NCBI GenBank assembly: GCA_964388035.1
Contig: CAYLZE010000087.1
Location: forward strand, 1-21,779
DNA length: 21,779 bases
Source of the DNA: an uncultured archaeon
GTDB taxonomy: Archaea > Asgardarchaeota > Lokiarchaeia > Sigyniarchaeales > SOKP01
Direction of reading: 5' to 3'
The notes beneath the pieces are model-generated. The model saw nothing but the letters and a program-made list of their open reading frames with translations, ran no database searches and was not told where the DNA came from. Positions 1 to 9,488 of this stretch are shown piece after piece; position 1 is the stretch's first letter; every line of letters begins with the position of its first letter. Both the position numbers and the translations under genes were made by a program.

Positions 1-372
1 AATCAAGCATTATGTGCTTTAGCAGCATTAATTTATCTGATTTCTCTTGGAGGTCAAGGTTTACGTGAGATTGCCATCCAGAATATTCAAAAAGCAGACT
101 ATGTAAAAAGAATTCTTAATTCAATAGAAGGATATAGAGTCTTAAATAAAAAACCTACTTTCAACGAATTTCTTGTGGAATGTCCTAATATCAATGAGTT
201 AAGAAATCGATGTCAGGAAAATGACCTTCTTTCCCCCTTAGATTTCTCTCGTTATTTCCCAGAAAAGAAGAATGTTGCTTTAGTATGTGTTACCGAAATG
301 AATTCTAAAGAGAGCATTGATACTTTTTTAAATATTGCTCAATCATTATCCGATAATCGGGGAGGTAAGTAA
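1..372 (+). CDS. gcvPA: Glycine dehydrogenase (decarboxylating) subunit 1, C-terminal part (runs off the left edge)
   Basis: Frame 1 is open from base 1: NQALCALAALIYLISLGGQGLREIA...TFNEFLV...LVCVTEMNSKESID, typical of the GcvPA C-terminus. It lies directly upstream of gcvPB. The ORF track's 175..372 is only its tail. Confidence 0.93.
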   Translation, partial: NQALCALAALIYLISLGGQGLREIAIQNIQKADYVKRILNSIEGYRVLNKKPTFNEFLVECPNINELRNRCQENDLLSPLDFSRYFPEKKNVALVCVTEMNSKESIDTFLNIAQSLSDNRGGK

Positions 373-377
373 ATCAC

Positions 378-1814
378 ATGGTATATGATAATAAATTAAT
401 TTTCGAGAAAGGAATCAAGGCTAAAGTTCCAAATTTCATAACTCAAATGGATATAGAAGCTCAAGAATTGAATGATATATTACCAGCGAAATTCCAAAGA
501 AAGGATTTACCAATTCCAGATGTTCCCGAAGTCGAAATCGTGCGTCATTATGTTAATTTAAGCCAAAGAAATTATGGAACTGATTTAGGGATATATCCCT
601 TAGGATCATGTACCATGAAATATAATCCTAAAATTGATGAAAAAATTGCTCGTCTTCATGGATTTAGTAATGCTCATCCTCTTCAAGATGAAAATCAAGG
701 ATCCCTTGAATTGTTACATATTCTAGCTAAATATTTAGGTGAAATCACTGGTATGGAAGGATTTACTCTACAACCAGCAGCTGGAGCACATGGAGAATTA
801 ACGGGGCTTTTGATTATCAAAAAATTTTTCGAACTTAAGAATTCCAAACGAAATAAAATCATCGTTGCAGATTCAGCACATGGAACGAATCCCGCATCAG
901 CCAAAATGGCAGGTTTTTCTATCATTGAACTAAAATCAAATAAATGGGGTGAGATGCCCCTCGATCAACTTGAATTTGCAATGCAAGAGAGTGATGTGGC
1001 TGGATTAATGCTAACTAATCCTAATACGTTAGGTTTGTTTGATAGAAATATAAAGGAAATTACTAAACTAGTACATGATAAAGGCGGGTTGTGTTATTAT
1101 GATGGAGCAAATTTAAATCCAATATTAGGAAAATGTCGTCCAGGAGATATGGGTTTTGATATAGTCCATTTAAATCTTCATAAAACATTTTCAACTCCAC
1201 ACGGTGGGGGCGGTCCGGGAGCAGGCCCTATAGGCGTTAAAGAGCACCTCATACCCTACTTACCAGAACCTTGTATTATTTCTGCTCGAGATGGGTTTGC
1301 ATGTAGAAAAAATTCAGCAACTAGTATTGGGAGAATAAAATGTTTTTGGGGCAATTTCGGTGTGTTAATAAGAGCTTTCAGCTATATTTTAGCTTTAGGT
1401 GCAGAAGGATTAGAAAGAGTGGGCGAAATTTCCGTATTAAACGCTAATTATCTCAGAGTGAAATTAAAAGAATTCTTTCACCTGCCTTTTGATAGAGCTT
1501 GTAAGCATGAATTCATTCTTTCAGATAAAAACTTACCAAACGAAATAACTACTGAGGATATAGCAAAGCGAATCTTGGATTATGGGATATATGCCCCCAC
1601 AATCTATTTTCCTCTGATTGTCGAGGGAGCAATGATGATCGAACCCACTGAAACAGAATCGAAAAGTTCCTTAGACTATTTTGTGGATACTCTAGTCACA
1701 ATTTATAAAGAATGTCGGGAGAATCCAGAAATTATTAAGAATGCACCTCATAATACTCCTATCGGTCGATTAGATGCAGTTCTTGCAGCAAGAAATCCCA
1801 TTTTACACGATTAA
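378..1814 (+). CDS. gcvPB: Glycine dehydrogenase (decarboxylating) subunit 2
   Basis: Motifs YPLGSCTMKYNP, QPAAGAHGE, SAHGTNPASA, DGANLN, and the PLP-lysine motif HLNLHKTFSTPHGGGGPG. GGAGGT lies upstream at 361. Confidence 0.97.
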   Translation: MVYDNKLIFEKGIKAKVPNFITQMDIEAQELNDILPAKFQRKDLPIPDVPEVEIVRHYVNLSQRNYGTDLGIYPLGSCTMKYNPKIDEKIARLHGFSNAHPLQDENQGSLELLHILAKYLGEITGMEGFTLQPAAGAHGELTGLLIIKKFFELKNSKRNKIIVADSAHGTNPASAKMAGFSIIELKSNKWGEMPLDQLEFAMQESDVAGLMLTNPNTLGLFDRNIKEITKLVHDKGGLCYYDGANLNPILGKCRPGDMGFDIVHLNLHKTFSTPHGGGGPGAGPIGVKEHLIPYLPEPCIISARDGFACRKNSATSIGRIKCFWGNFGVLIRAFSYILALGAEGLERVGEISVLNANYLRVKLKEFFHLPFDRACKHEFILSDKNLPNEITTEDIAKRILDYGIYAPTIYFPLIVEGAMMIEPTETESKSSLDYFVDTLVTIYKECRENPEIIKNAPHNTPIGRLDAVLAARNPILHD

Positions 1815-1934
1815 ATCCGATCATTAATTAAATTCATTATCGGGTTTTGTAACCCCATACAAACTCATATTTAAAAACAATTCTGCTTTTTAATTGTTAA
1901 AAATAGTTCTTCATTTTTTTTATAAATATGAGGA

Positions 1935-3026
1935 ATGAAATTGAATAAACTAAAAGTTGGTCTGATCGGTTTAGGAAAAATTGCTGAAGTTCATTTGAAA
2001 GCTTATCAGCAAGTTTCTCTCATTGATGTCATTGCTGGAGCGGATATTAATTCGGGCCGAATGAAAACAATGACAAAACACTGGAATCTGAAGGGATATA
2101 CGGATTATCAAAAAATGCTGGAGAAGGAAGAATTGGATATTGTTTGCATTTTAACACCTGCTCGGTATCATTGGAATGTCGTAAAAGATTCAGCGGAAAA
2201 TGGTGTAAACATTTTGTGTGAAAAGCCCATTGCGACAAATATTGAAGATGCAAAGAGTATTATTAATGTTTGCGAAAAGAGAAACGTAAAATTTTATTAC
2301 GGTTCGACTTATAGATGGCTTGCTGCCTGTCGTAAGGCAAAAGAATTGATAGATCAAGATCTCTTAGGAAACATCTCCATACTCCTGGAAGCTTTTATAG
2401 GAGGGAGCGGTCGGGAAAGCTACAAAGATTTAGGGAATAGTCATTATCCTAATGGCACACCTGGAGGAGGAGGGATGGGATTAATGGACCATGGCATCCA
2501 TTTGATAGATATTTTTTATTGGATGCTAAATAGTGAGATAGAGCACGTTGTTGGGCGAATAAATATATCTGGATCTCCTCCTTTTACAGAATTCTTGACC
2601 ATGATGTTTAAAAATGGAGCTATAGGGCAACTAATCTATAATGAAACCTCATTTTCCTCAGATTTACCTTATGAGGGAATTTTCAGTTGGGGTGGAAGTT
2701 GGGATATTGAAGGGAAATTATCATTAGAGGGTAGCTGGCAAGACCATCCTGGAAATATTCGAATCCATGGAGATAAAGGGGCGTTTAGAGTTTACTATTA
2801 TGCAAATAAATTATTTTATTTTAGTAATGGACAAAAACAACCTATAAAAGTTTTAGATCGCCCCATGCCCGATAATTTTGCGTTACAAATGGAATCATTT
2901 GTTAATTCTATTCAAAATGATCTAAAACCTGAAGTAACTGCTAAGGATGGATTAAGAGCATTGGCTACTGCTTTAGCTGCTAATGAAAGCTTTCAAACTA
3001 AGAAATTTGTGCGTGTAGAATATTAA
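1935..3026 (+). CDS. Gfo/Idh/MocA family NAD(P)-dependent oxidoreductase
   Basis: Rossmann motif GLIGLGKIA, CEKP motif, and GG.GLMDHGIH catalytic region. Confidence 0.92.
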   Translation: MKLNKLKVGLIGLGKIAEVHLKAYQQVSLIDVIAGADINSGRMKTMTKHWNLKGYTDYQKMLEKEELDIVCILTPARYHWNVVKDSAENGVNILCEKPIATNIEDAKSIINVCEKRNVKFYYGSTYRWLAACRKAKELIDQDLLGNISILLEAFIGGSGRESYKDLGNSHYPNGTPGGGGMGLMDHGIHLIDIFYWMLNSEIEHVVGRINISGSPPFTEFLTMMFKNGAIGQLIYNETSFSSDLPYEGIFSWGGSWDIEGKLSLEGSWQDHPGNIRIHGDKGAFRVYYYANKLFYFSNGQKQPIKVLDRPMPDNFALQMESFVNSIQNDLKPEVTAKDGLRALATALAANESFQTKKFVRVEY

Positions 3027-3084
3027 TTTGTGAATTTTAATAAAATATTAACTTAAGACTATTTTTAAAAAAGTAATTAGAAAA

Positions 3085-3558
3085 ATGAAACCGCAAGAAG
3101 TAAGACACACTGAAGAAATGTTAAAAAAATTAAATATAGATGCTGAAGTTATCGAACATTCGAAGGTAGATGGAACACGTTCTAATATAATTGCAGATTA
3201 TCTCAATGTGCCTTTAAATTGTATTATAAAATGTTTAATATTAAAATCTAAAGACAATAGATATGCAGAAGCCATTATTCTGGGAAGTCAAAAACTAGAT
3301 ATTAAAAAGATAACATTACTTTCGGGATTGAAAAAGTTAAGTTTGGCTTCTCCAGATAATATAAAAGAATTGACGGGTTATGATATTGGTGGCATACCAC
3401 CAATTGCCCTAATCAATAAATTTCCAATATATATTGATGAAAAAGTTTTTGAAAAGAAATATATAATAGGTTCTGCAGGAAGTCCTTATTATGGACTGAA
3501 ATTTGCACCTATAATCTTGAAAAAATTTGACATCATAATTGCTAATATAAGTATTTAA
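3085..3558 (+). CDS. YbaK/EbsC (INS superfamily) aminoacyl-tRNA deacylase
   Basis: 157 aa. Conserved Lys in IIKCLIL, LTGYDIGGIPP (GxxxP loop), and the IDE...GSAG tail. Confidence 0.88.
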   Translation: MKPQEVRHTEEMLKKLNIDAEVIEHSKVDGTRSNIIADYLNVPLNCIIKCLILKSKDNRYAEAIILGSQKLDIKKITLLSGLKKLSLASPDNIKELTGYDIGGIPPIALINKFPIYIDEKVFEKKYIIGSAGSPYYGLKFAPIILKKFDIIIANISI

Positions 3559-3660
3559 GCGAATTGTTAATTCATTATCTTCAACCGTAATCGTATTAAT
3601 TATTTGCTTCATTTTTTCGGCTTTAGAAAAAAACATAGCTATAATTAATTAAATAAATTT

Positions 3661-3945
3661 ATGGTCATTATGGGTATAATAAGAAGAGAGATAAAGGGCA
3701 TTTTAATTTCTAAACTACAAGCAATCGGGACCAAATCACAGGGACCTTCTTATTTTCTCCAACCTATAGATGATTACGCAGACCGATGGAATGAGATCTT
3801 AATTAGGAAAAAAACTCATCTTTGGCAAGTTGATCCTGAGCTCGATAAATTTGTAGGAAAAAAAGTTATTATTTTTGGAGAAATTATAGAAACCAAAAAA
3901 ACCATTACGGTGGATTATGAATTTATCACTGAGGTTAAAGAATAA
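3661..3945 (+). CDS. Hypothetical protein (small, beta-rich; start may be 3670)
   Basis: 94-aa ORF with protein-like composition, co-oriented within the + strand run. No family recognised. Confidence 0.7.
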   Translation: MVIMGIIRREIKGILISKLQAIGTKSQGPSYFLQPIDDYADRWNEILIRKKTHLWQVDPELDKFVGKKVIIFGEIIETKKTITVDYEFITEVKE

Positions 3946-3980
3946 CATTAATCAATTCTTTAATAAGAGGTAAATATGTC

Positions 3981-5369
3981 ATGAGTAGTAATATTAAGCA
4001 AATGGAATCTCTAATTTTAAATTTGATGCGGGAGACAAAAACTCCCGGTATGTGCATTGGTATTGTTAGAAAAAATAAATCCATCTATTCTAAAGGATTT
4101 GGGGTCAGAGATGTAATGGAACTCTTACCCATGACTCCCGATACTTTATTTGGAATCGGATCTATTTCTAAATCTTTTACTGCAACAGCGATCATGCAAT
4201 TATTCGAACGCGGGATGATTGATCTCCAAAGTCCCGTAAAAAAATATCTTGATTTTCAGTTAGGATCGGATGAAAATCCTATCTTAGTCCATCATTTATT
4301 ATCTCATTCGACGGGAATATCGGATCTTGATAGCGGAGCAATGGTTGAATATAGGAGAGAACAAATGGCAGAGACCATTGTATCTATCGCTAATTGGGGG
4401 GAGCTTCTCCATTATATTAATGGTGCTAAAGGCCAAATAGCGTCGCTCCCGGGTCAGCTCTTCATGTATTCTAATGACATGTATTCTTTATTAGCATACC
4501 TCGTGGAAAAAGTCTCTGGAATTAAATTTGGAGAATACATGAAAAAAAATATATTTTTACCACTTGGTATGGAAAAAACAACTTATGAATTTAAAAAAGC
4601 TCAGAATGTGGTTACGGGCTATAATTTATCTCCGGATGGTAAGAAATTACTTGAAGTTTCCCATCCTTTTCATGAATTGAAATTTGGGAGGGGAGGTATC
4701 TTTAGCACGTGTAAGGAAATGCAAAATTATCTTCTCATGTTAATTAATGAAGGAAAAAGTCCCATGGGCGATTCTCAAATTATTTCTATTGACTCTTTAC
4801 GTGCAATGTGGACGCCTCATATCAAAACTCCTGAAGAAAGTTCATATGGAGACGCATATGGTTATGGATGGAGTATAAATAGTAATTTTTTAGGAAATGA
4901 ATTAATCACTCATGGAGGGAGTATAGGAACCACCGGTGGATATATTGCATTCCTTCCTAAATTACAAATGGGTATAATTGTTGGACAGAATGGTACGCCT
5001 CAAATTTGTGGTCAGATTGCCAAAGGTATTCTTGGTACTTTGCTAGGCGGGGATCTAAATAAAATAGTTCCAATGTTAAAAATTCAAGAGAAAATGAAAA
5101 TGCTTGAAGGCAGATATGAGGGTTACAAAAATTTAACACGAGCAGAGGTAAAATTAAAGGAAGGGATTCTTCAGGGGAAGCTTTTTTTCGTTGGAAACCC
5201 GAACCCCATGGAATTTTGTGCTGCCCCTTATGATTTAGAGAATTTAATATTCTATATTCCTATAGTATATCCGAATAATAAAATTTGGCTCAATTTCATG
5301 ATAGATGAGAATGGAGGAGTTCATCTTCAAGCAGATAGATATTATTTACATAAGGTATCTAATATTTAA
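3981..5369 (+). CDS. Serine hydrolase, beta-lactamase class C/CubicO family (Pab87-like D-aminopeptidase) with C-terminal beta domain
   Basis: SxxK (GSISKS), LLSHSTG, YSN and HGG motifs. A ~100-aa beta-rich C-terminal extension. No signal peptide. Confidence 0.88.
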   Translation: MSSNIKQMESLILNLMRETKTPGMCIGIVRKNKSIYSKGFGVRDVMELLPMTPDTLFGIGSISKSFTATAIMQLFERGMIDLQSPVKKYLDFQLGSDENPILVHHLLSHSTGISDLDSGAMVEYRREQMAETIVSIANWGELLHYINGAKGQIASLPGQLFMYSNDMYSLLAYLVEKVSGIKFGEYMKKNIFLPLGMEKTTYEFKKAQNVVTGYNLSPDGKKLLEVSHPFHELKFGRGGIFSTCKEMQNYLLMLINEGKSPMGDSQIISIDSLRAMWTPHIKTPEESSYGDAYGYGWSINSNFLGNELITHGGSIGTTGGYIAFLPKLQMGIIVGQNGTPQICGQIAKGILGTLLGGDLNKIVPMLKIQEKMKMLEGRYEGYKNLTRAEVKLKEGILQGKLFFVGNPNPMEFCAAPYDLENLIFYIPIVYPNNKIWLNFMIDENGGVHLQADRYYLHKVSNI

Positions 5370-5417
5370 CTTAAATTTTAAAAATATATTATTTTTTAAT
5401 TAATAAAACAACAAAAA

Positions 5418-6257
5418 GTGGTGAAAAATATTAAAGTTTATATTTCTGCTGATATGGAGGGAGCTACGGGAGTTACGGGTATAGATGATGTCATGGAAGA
5501 TAAAAGTGCATATGAACGATTTCGAAAATTACTAACTAAAGATGTAAATGCAGCGGTAGAGGGCGCCATAAAGGGAGGAGCTACGCAAGTAATTATAAAT
5601 GAGGCACACGGATTTAAAAGAAATATCTTAATTGAAGAACTCCACGAACAAGCTGAAATGATTACAGGACCAACCCGTTTTTTATGCATGATGGAAGGAA
5701 TTGATGAAACTTTTGCTGCTGCATTCTTTATCGGATATCATGCGCGTGTTGGAACTCAAGCCGCAGTATTAAATCATACCATTTCAGGATCCCAGATTTA
5801 TAATTTGCGTTTAAATGGTAATGAAATTGGGGAATTGGGATTAAATATTTTAGTAGCAGGATACTATGACGTACCCGTAATTTTAGTATCAGGAGATGAT
5901 AAGGTATGTGCTGAAGCTAAATCTTTTCTTAAAGATGTGGAGGTCGCTCAAGTAAAAGAAGGCATCGATAGATATGTTGCAAAATGCTTAACACCGGCTA
6001 AAACTACTAAAGTGATACGAGATTCAGCAGAAAAAGCACTTAAAAATCTGGAACGTTTTAAAACCATCAAGATAAAAGAGCGGATTCAAATAGAAATTAA
6101 TTTTATGGATACTTCAATGGCTGCATCTGCAGCGTTGATTCCTACAGTAAATCGTCTAAATTCTCGCACTGTTTCCTTTTCTACAGAAAATATCGTTCAA
6201 GCTTATAAATTAATTTTGAATTGCGTATTTCTTGCTGTGAGAACTCCCAAGCGCTAA
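5418..6257 (+). CDS. dppA: M55 family Zn D-aminopeptidase (DppA-like)
   Basis: YISADMEG (DxE), NEAH, MMEGID, FIGYHA, NHT, IGE and VSGDD motifs. Confidence 0.93.
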   Translation: MVKNIKVYISADMEGATGVTGIDDVMEDKSAYERFRKLLTKDVNAAVEGAIKGGATQVIINEAHGFKRNILIEELHEQAEMITGPTRFLCMMEGIDETFAAAFFIGYHARVGTQAAVLNHTISGSQIYNLRLNGNEIGELGLNILVAGYYDVPVILVSGDDKVCAEAKSFLKDVEVAQVKEGIDRYVAKCLTPAKTTKVIRDSAEKALKNLERFKTIKIKERIQIEINFMDTSMAASAALIPTVNRLNSRTVSFSTENIVQAYKLILNCVFLAVRTPKR

Positions 6258-6356
6258 AGAAAGATAAAATACTGTTTTACTTTCTCATCTTTATTTTTAA
6301 AATGCGAATCAAAATAGAAAATATTGATAAATTTAATGATTGAGGTAAGAGGAGAG

Positions 6357-7454
6357 ATGTATCGTGATAATAAAGCCATATTAATAGAACTAGAAGGTAA
6401 TGCATTTGAAAGAGGTTTAATGCACGGAGAAACATTAAATAGTTTAATTCAGGAGACTATAAAAAGATGGAAATACCATCTGAAATTAAATTATCAAATT
6501 AGTCCTAATAAATTAATAAAAAAATTCATGCAAAATACTTATTTTGTTAAATCAGTAAAGAAAAATACTCCCGATTTGTTCGAAGAAGTTAAAGGAATTT
6601 CGGAAGGTTCGGGAATTAATTTTAATACAATATTTGCTTTTCAATGTCTCGATGAAAGATGGTGGTTCTCTAAATATTCGAATAATTCAAATTGTTTTGA
6701 CCATTGTAGCTCAATTGGATGTTATAAATCCGAATCTCATCCAACATTACTTGCCCAAAACATGGATTTGTTCTCTTTTCTCCAAGGATTACAATTAGTC
6801 TTAAAAATAAAAGATTCAATCTCTTCCTTACAAACGTATATATTAACAATTCCTGGATTGATTGGATTATGTGGTTTAAATAATGCCCCATTAGGTATTT
6901 GCTGTAATTCTCTAAAGACACTCAATCATTCTGAGCTCGGATTACCCGTTGCATTTATCTTGCGAAATGTACTTCAAAAGAAAACACTAGAGGATGCGAG
7001 AAATTTCATACATGAAGTCGTTCATGCTTCGGGACAAAATTATATTATCGGAGGAATTGAAAAAGTAATTTGTTTGGAATGTTCAGCAAATAAAGTTGTT
7101 GAATTCATGCCTACTAATTATGCCACACGAGTTTATCATACTAATCATCCTTTAGTAAATGACGATATTATTACACCCTTAGAAAGTATTGAATTCTATA
7201 GTAGTTCTTGGGATCGGTTGAATTATTTAAAATTTCGGCTACAAGATGAAAGTGAAATTATCAATCTAGACGGAATAAAACATATTTTACGTTCCCATTT
7301 TGGACCAATTTGTGTTCATCAAAACTTTAAACCAAATGATGGTTTTACGTTTGGATCTGTTGTTTACTCGATGAGTGAAGGTCCTGCGTTTTATTTAGCT
7401 ATAGGACCGCCATGTTTAAATAATTACCAAGAATATAAATTTGATATATCATAA
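6357..7454 (+). CDS. C45 family Ntn-hydrolase (acyl-CoA:6-APA acyltransferase-like peptidase)
   Basis: G...ERGLMHG, EEVKGISEGSG, DH|CSSIG nucleophile, AQNMD, GLNN and HTNH motifs. ATG 6357 follows GAGG/GGAG, so it is preferred over TTG 6324. Confidence 0.88.
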   Translation: MYRDNKAILIELEGNAFERGLMHGETLNSLIQETIKRWKYHLKLNYQISPNKLIKKFMQNTYFVKSVKKNTPDLFEEVKGISEGSGINFNTIFAFQCLDERWWFSKYSNNSNCFDHCSSIGCYKSESHPTLLAQNMDLFSFLQGLQLVLKIKDSISSLQTYILTIPGLIGLCGLNNAPLGICCNSLKTLNHSELGLPVAFILRNVLQKKTLEDARNFIHEVVHASGQNYIIGGIEKVICLECSANKVVEFMPTNYATRVYHTNHPLVNDDIITPLESIEFYSSSWDRLNYLKFRLQDESEIINLDGIKHILRSHFGPICVHQNFKPNDGFTFGSVVYSMSEGPAFYLAIGPPCLNNYQEYKFDIS

Positions 7455-7550
7455 GTTATTACCTTAATCTTACTTTTTTAAAATACCTTGTAAAATTTTG
7501 AAAATGAAAAAAAAAAATTGAAATATGCATTTCGTTTTAAATGGCTATAA

Positions 7551-9308
7551 TTATTCTATTCCCGCACCTTGTGAGAAATCAATTAAAACGCTTCTATCTT
7601 TCAAATTTTTTTTGGTAAATGGTAGCTTTCTATATATTTCACTATAGGCTTTAATAACTCTATTTATCTTGAACCAAGGATCCTCTGGCTCTTGCTTTAT
7701 TAAGGAATCGATCGCATTATAATTAGAAAGAGCCCCTTCTCTATTTCCATTAAGATCGTTTAAGATTCCTAAAATTAACGTGTTATGAGCTCTTTCATTA
7801 GCTGATTGCGTTTTCTTTAATGCTTCAGTCATCAATTCTATACCTTCTTGATAATTCCCTTGATGAATCATGAATTTTGCAAGCATTTGATAATAAATAA
7901 TTTCTTCAGGATCTCTTTCCAGTGCTTGTCTCAGAAGCGATAGAATCTCCGGAGTAGTTTTCACGTATTTCTCATGTAAAATATATGCATTATTAAAAAG
8001 TACCATTCCCTCTCTTTTCCTACTATCCTTAAACTTATAACCATCTAACGTTTTCGGAATTAGATTTGAATTCTTTCCCTCGATTTCCGCTTTAAAATCG
8101 AATCCTACGTAAGGATTATTACAGACCGGAGCAGGTCCTGCGGCAATCCATATTTTTAAATCTTCTGGAGAAAACACCATGCTATTAACGTTATCATCTA
8201 CTCCTATGATGCCATAAGCATTTCTTTCTTGTCCCGTAGTATACCTGATGTGATCCCCCATGAATTCAGCAACTAACATAGGTTCCATTTTTCCATAATT
8301 CGATTTAAATAATTGCTCTAATCTGCGATATCTTCCTGGGCACCCTTCATTTAAATTATATCTTGAAACAAAATCAATTTGTCGCTTTTCCTCTGATACT
8401 GCCATGTTAGTCATTATTAGATGATTATCTTCTAACCAACGAATCGTGGCTTTTCCCGTGCTTACCTCTGCAGCAAAAGCATTTTTAGTTTTGCCATCAG
8501 TGACGACAATACCACCCGAAATACCTCTTGAATTTTTATTTAATATATCGACAGCATCATCTAAAGTCTCAGCCTCACGTAATATCGTATCGGTAAATGC
8601 TGGTATGCACCATCCTGCAGGATCAATATCGTCATAAATCATGTAATGACAACAAACGACAATTTTGTTTTCATTCATTCCGGGCCCCCACAATAAGACT
8701 CCAGCTGTTCCTATCTGCATATATTTAAAACCATCCGTTGGTTCCACGAAACTTACCGTCTGATGCATTGGCCATTCGTGAATAGCGGAATAATCAGTAT
8801 TTCTCCCCACGATAGTTTTTCCATCTATCGTAGCTTCTTTAGTCGCTACAAAAGTACTACAAGCTGGTTGAATGGTAATTCCTAATTCTTTAAATTTTTT
8901 TTCAGTGCTCTTAAATATAACAGGAGTCATGACCATATTGACAGAAGTATGATGATTCCCTTTGAATATGGTTTTATATGATACTCCACTACCATCGGCA
9001 ATACCTTTTAGATGTTCAATCAATGCTTTCGGTTGAGCTTTTTCTGCAGGTCTATAAATCTTACTATTTAAAAACATTTTTCCTATTATTTTCATCAGCG
9101 GATTTGAAATTCCTTGGTTACTCAAAGGATCTGCATAAATCTTTACCGCTCCCTTCTTGATCTCATCTTTCAATAAAATTCCATGCTGGTACCCTACCTC
9201 ATATGGAGCTCCCTTGAGATGAAGAACATTAAGATAATCTTTCTTTTCTACCCAAGCTTCTCCATAATAATATTTACCATTTTTGAATAATACTTTATTC
9301 TCGACCAT
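7551..9308 (-). CDS. C45 family Ntn-hydrolase with C-terminal TPR-like repeats
   Basis: GAPYEVGYQHG, LKGIADGSG, PA|CSTF, GRNTDY, GMNE and TN motifs. The C-terminus has TPR-like helices (ALERDPE...YYQMLA...GNYQEG; LGILNDLNGNREGALSNY). Confidence 0.85.
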   Translation of the reverse strand: MVENKVLFKNGKYYYGEAWVEKKDYLNVLHLKGAPYEVGYQHGILLKDEIKKGAVKIYADPLSNQGISNPLMKIIGKMFLNSKIYRPAEKAQPKALIEHLKGIADGSGVSYKTIFKGNHHTSVNMVMTPVIFKSTEKKFKELGITIQPACSTFVATKEATIDGKTIVGRNTDYSAIHEWPMHQTVSFVEPTDGFKYMQIGTAGVLLWGPGMNENKIVVCCHYMIYDDIDPAGWCIPAFTDTILREAETLDDAVDILNKNSRGISGGIVVTDGKTKNAFAAEVSTGKATIRWLEDNHLIMTNMAVSEEKRQIDFVSRYNLNEGCPGRYRRLEQLFKSNYGKMEPMLVAEFMGDHIRYTTGQERNAYGIIGVDDNVNSMVFSPEDLKIWIAAGPAPVCNNPYVGFDFKAEIEGKNSNLIPKTLDGYKFKDSRKREGMVLFNNAYILHEKYVKTTPEILSLLRQALERDPEEIIYYQMLAKFMIHQGNYQEGIELMTEALKKTQSANERAHNTLILGILNDLNGNREGALSNYNAIDSLIKQEPEDPWFKINRVIKAYSEIYRKLPFTKKNLKDRSVLIDFSQGAGIE

Positions 9309-9488
9309 TTTTCTACGTATAAAAATATTAATTAAATTAACAAAATAAAACTTTAAAATGTAGAATATTCAGAAAAAGAAAAAGAATTATTATTTTTTTT
9401 TCAAAAAAGTATTGAATTAACTTTTTTCTAGTTAAATACAGACCTCTTTAATGTGCTCATCCTTTTTCTCATTTATTATGAAAATATT

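Noticed and set aside
3981-5369. Calling the serine hydrolase a beta-lactamase resistance gene, or the C45 genes a penicillin biosynthesis cluster
   Set aside because: No signal peptide, and no NRPS or isopenicillin N synthase in the window. Fold membership alone does not imply those functions.
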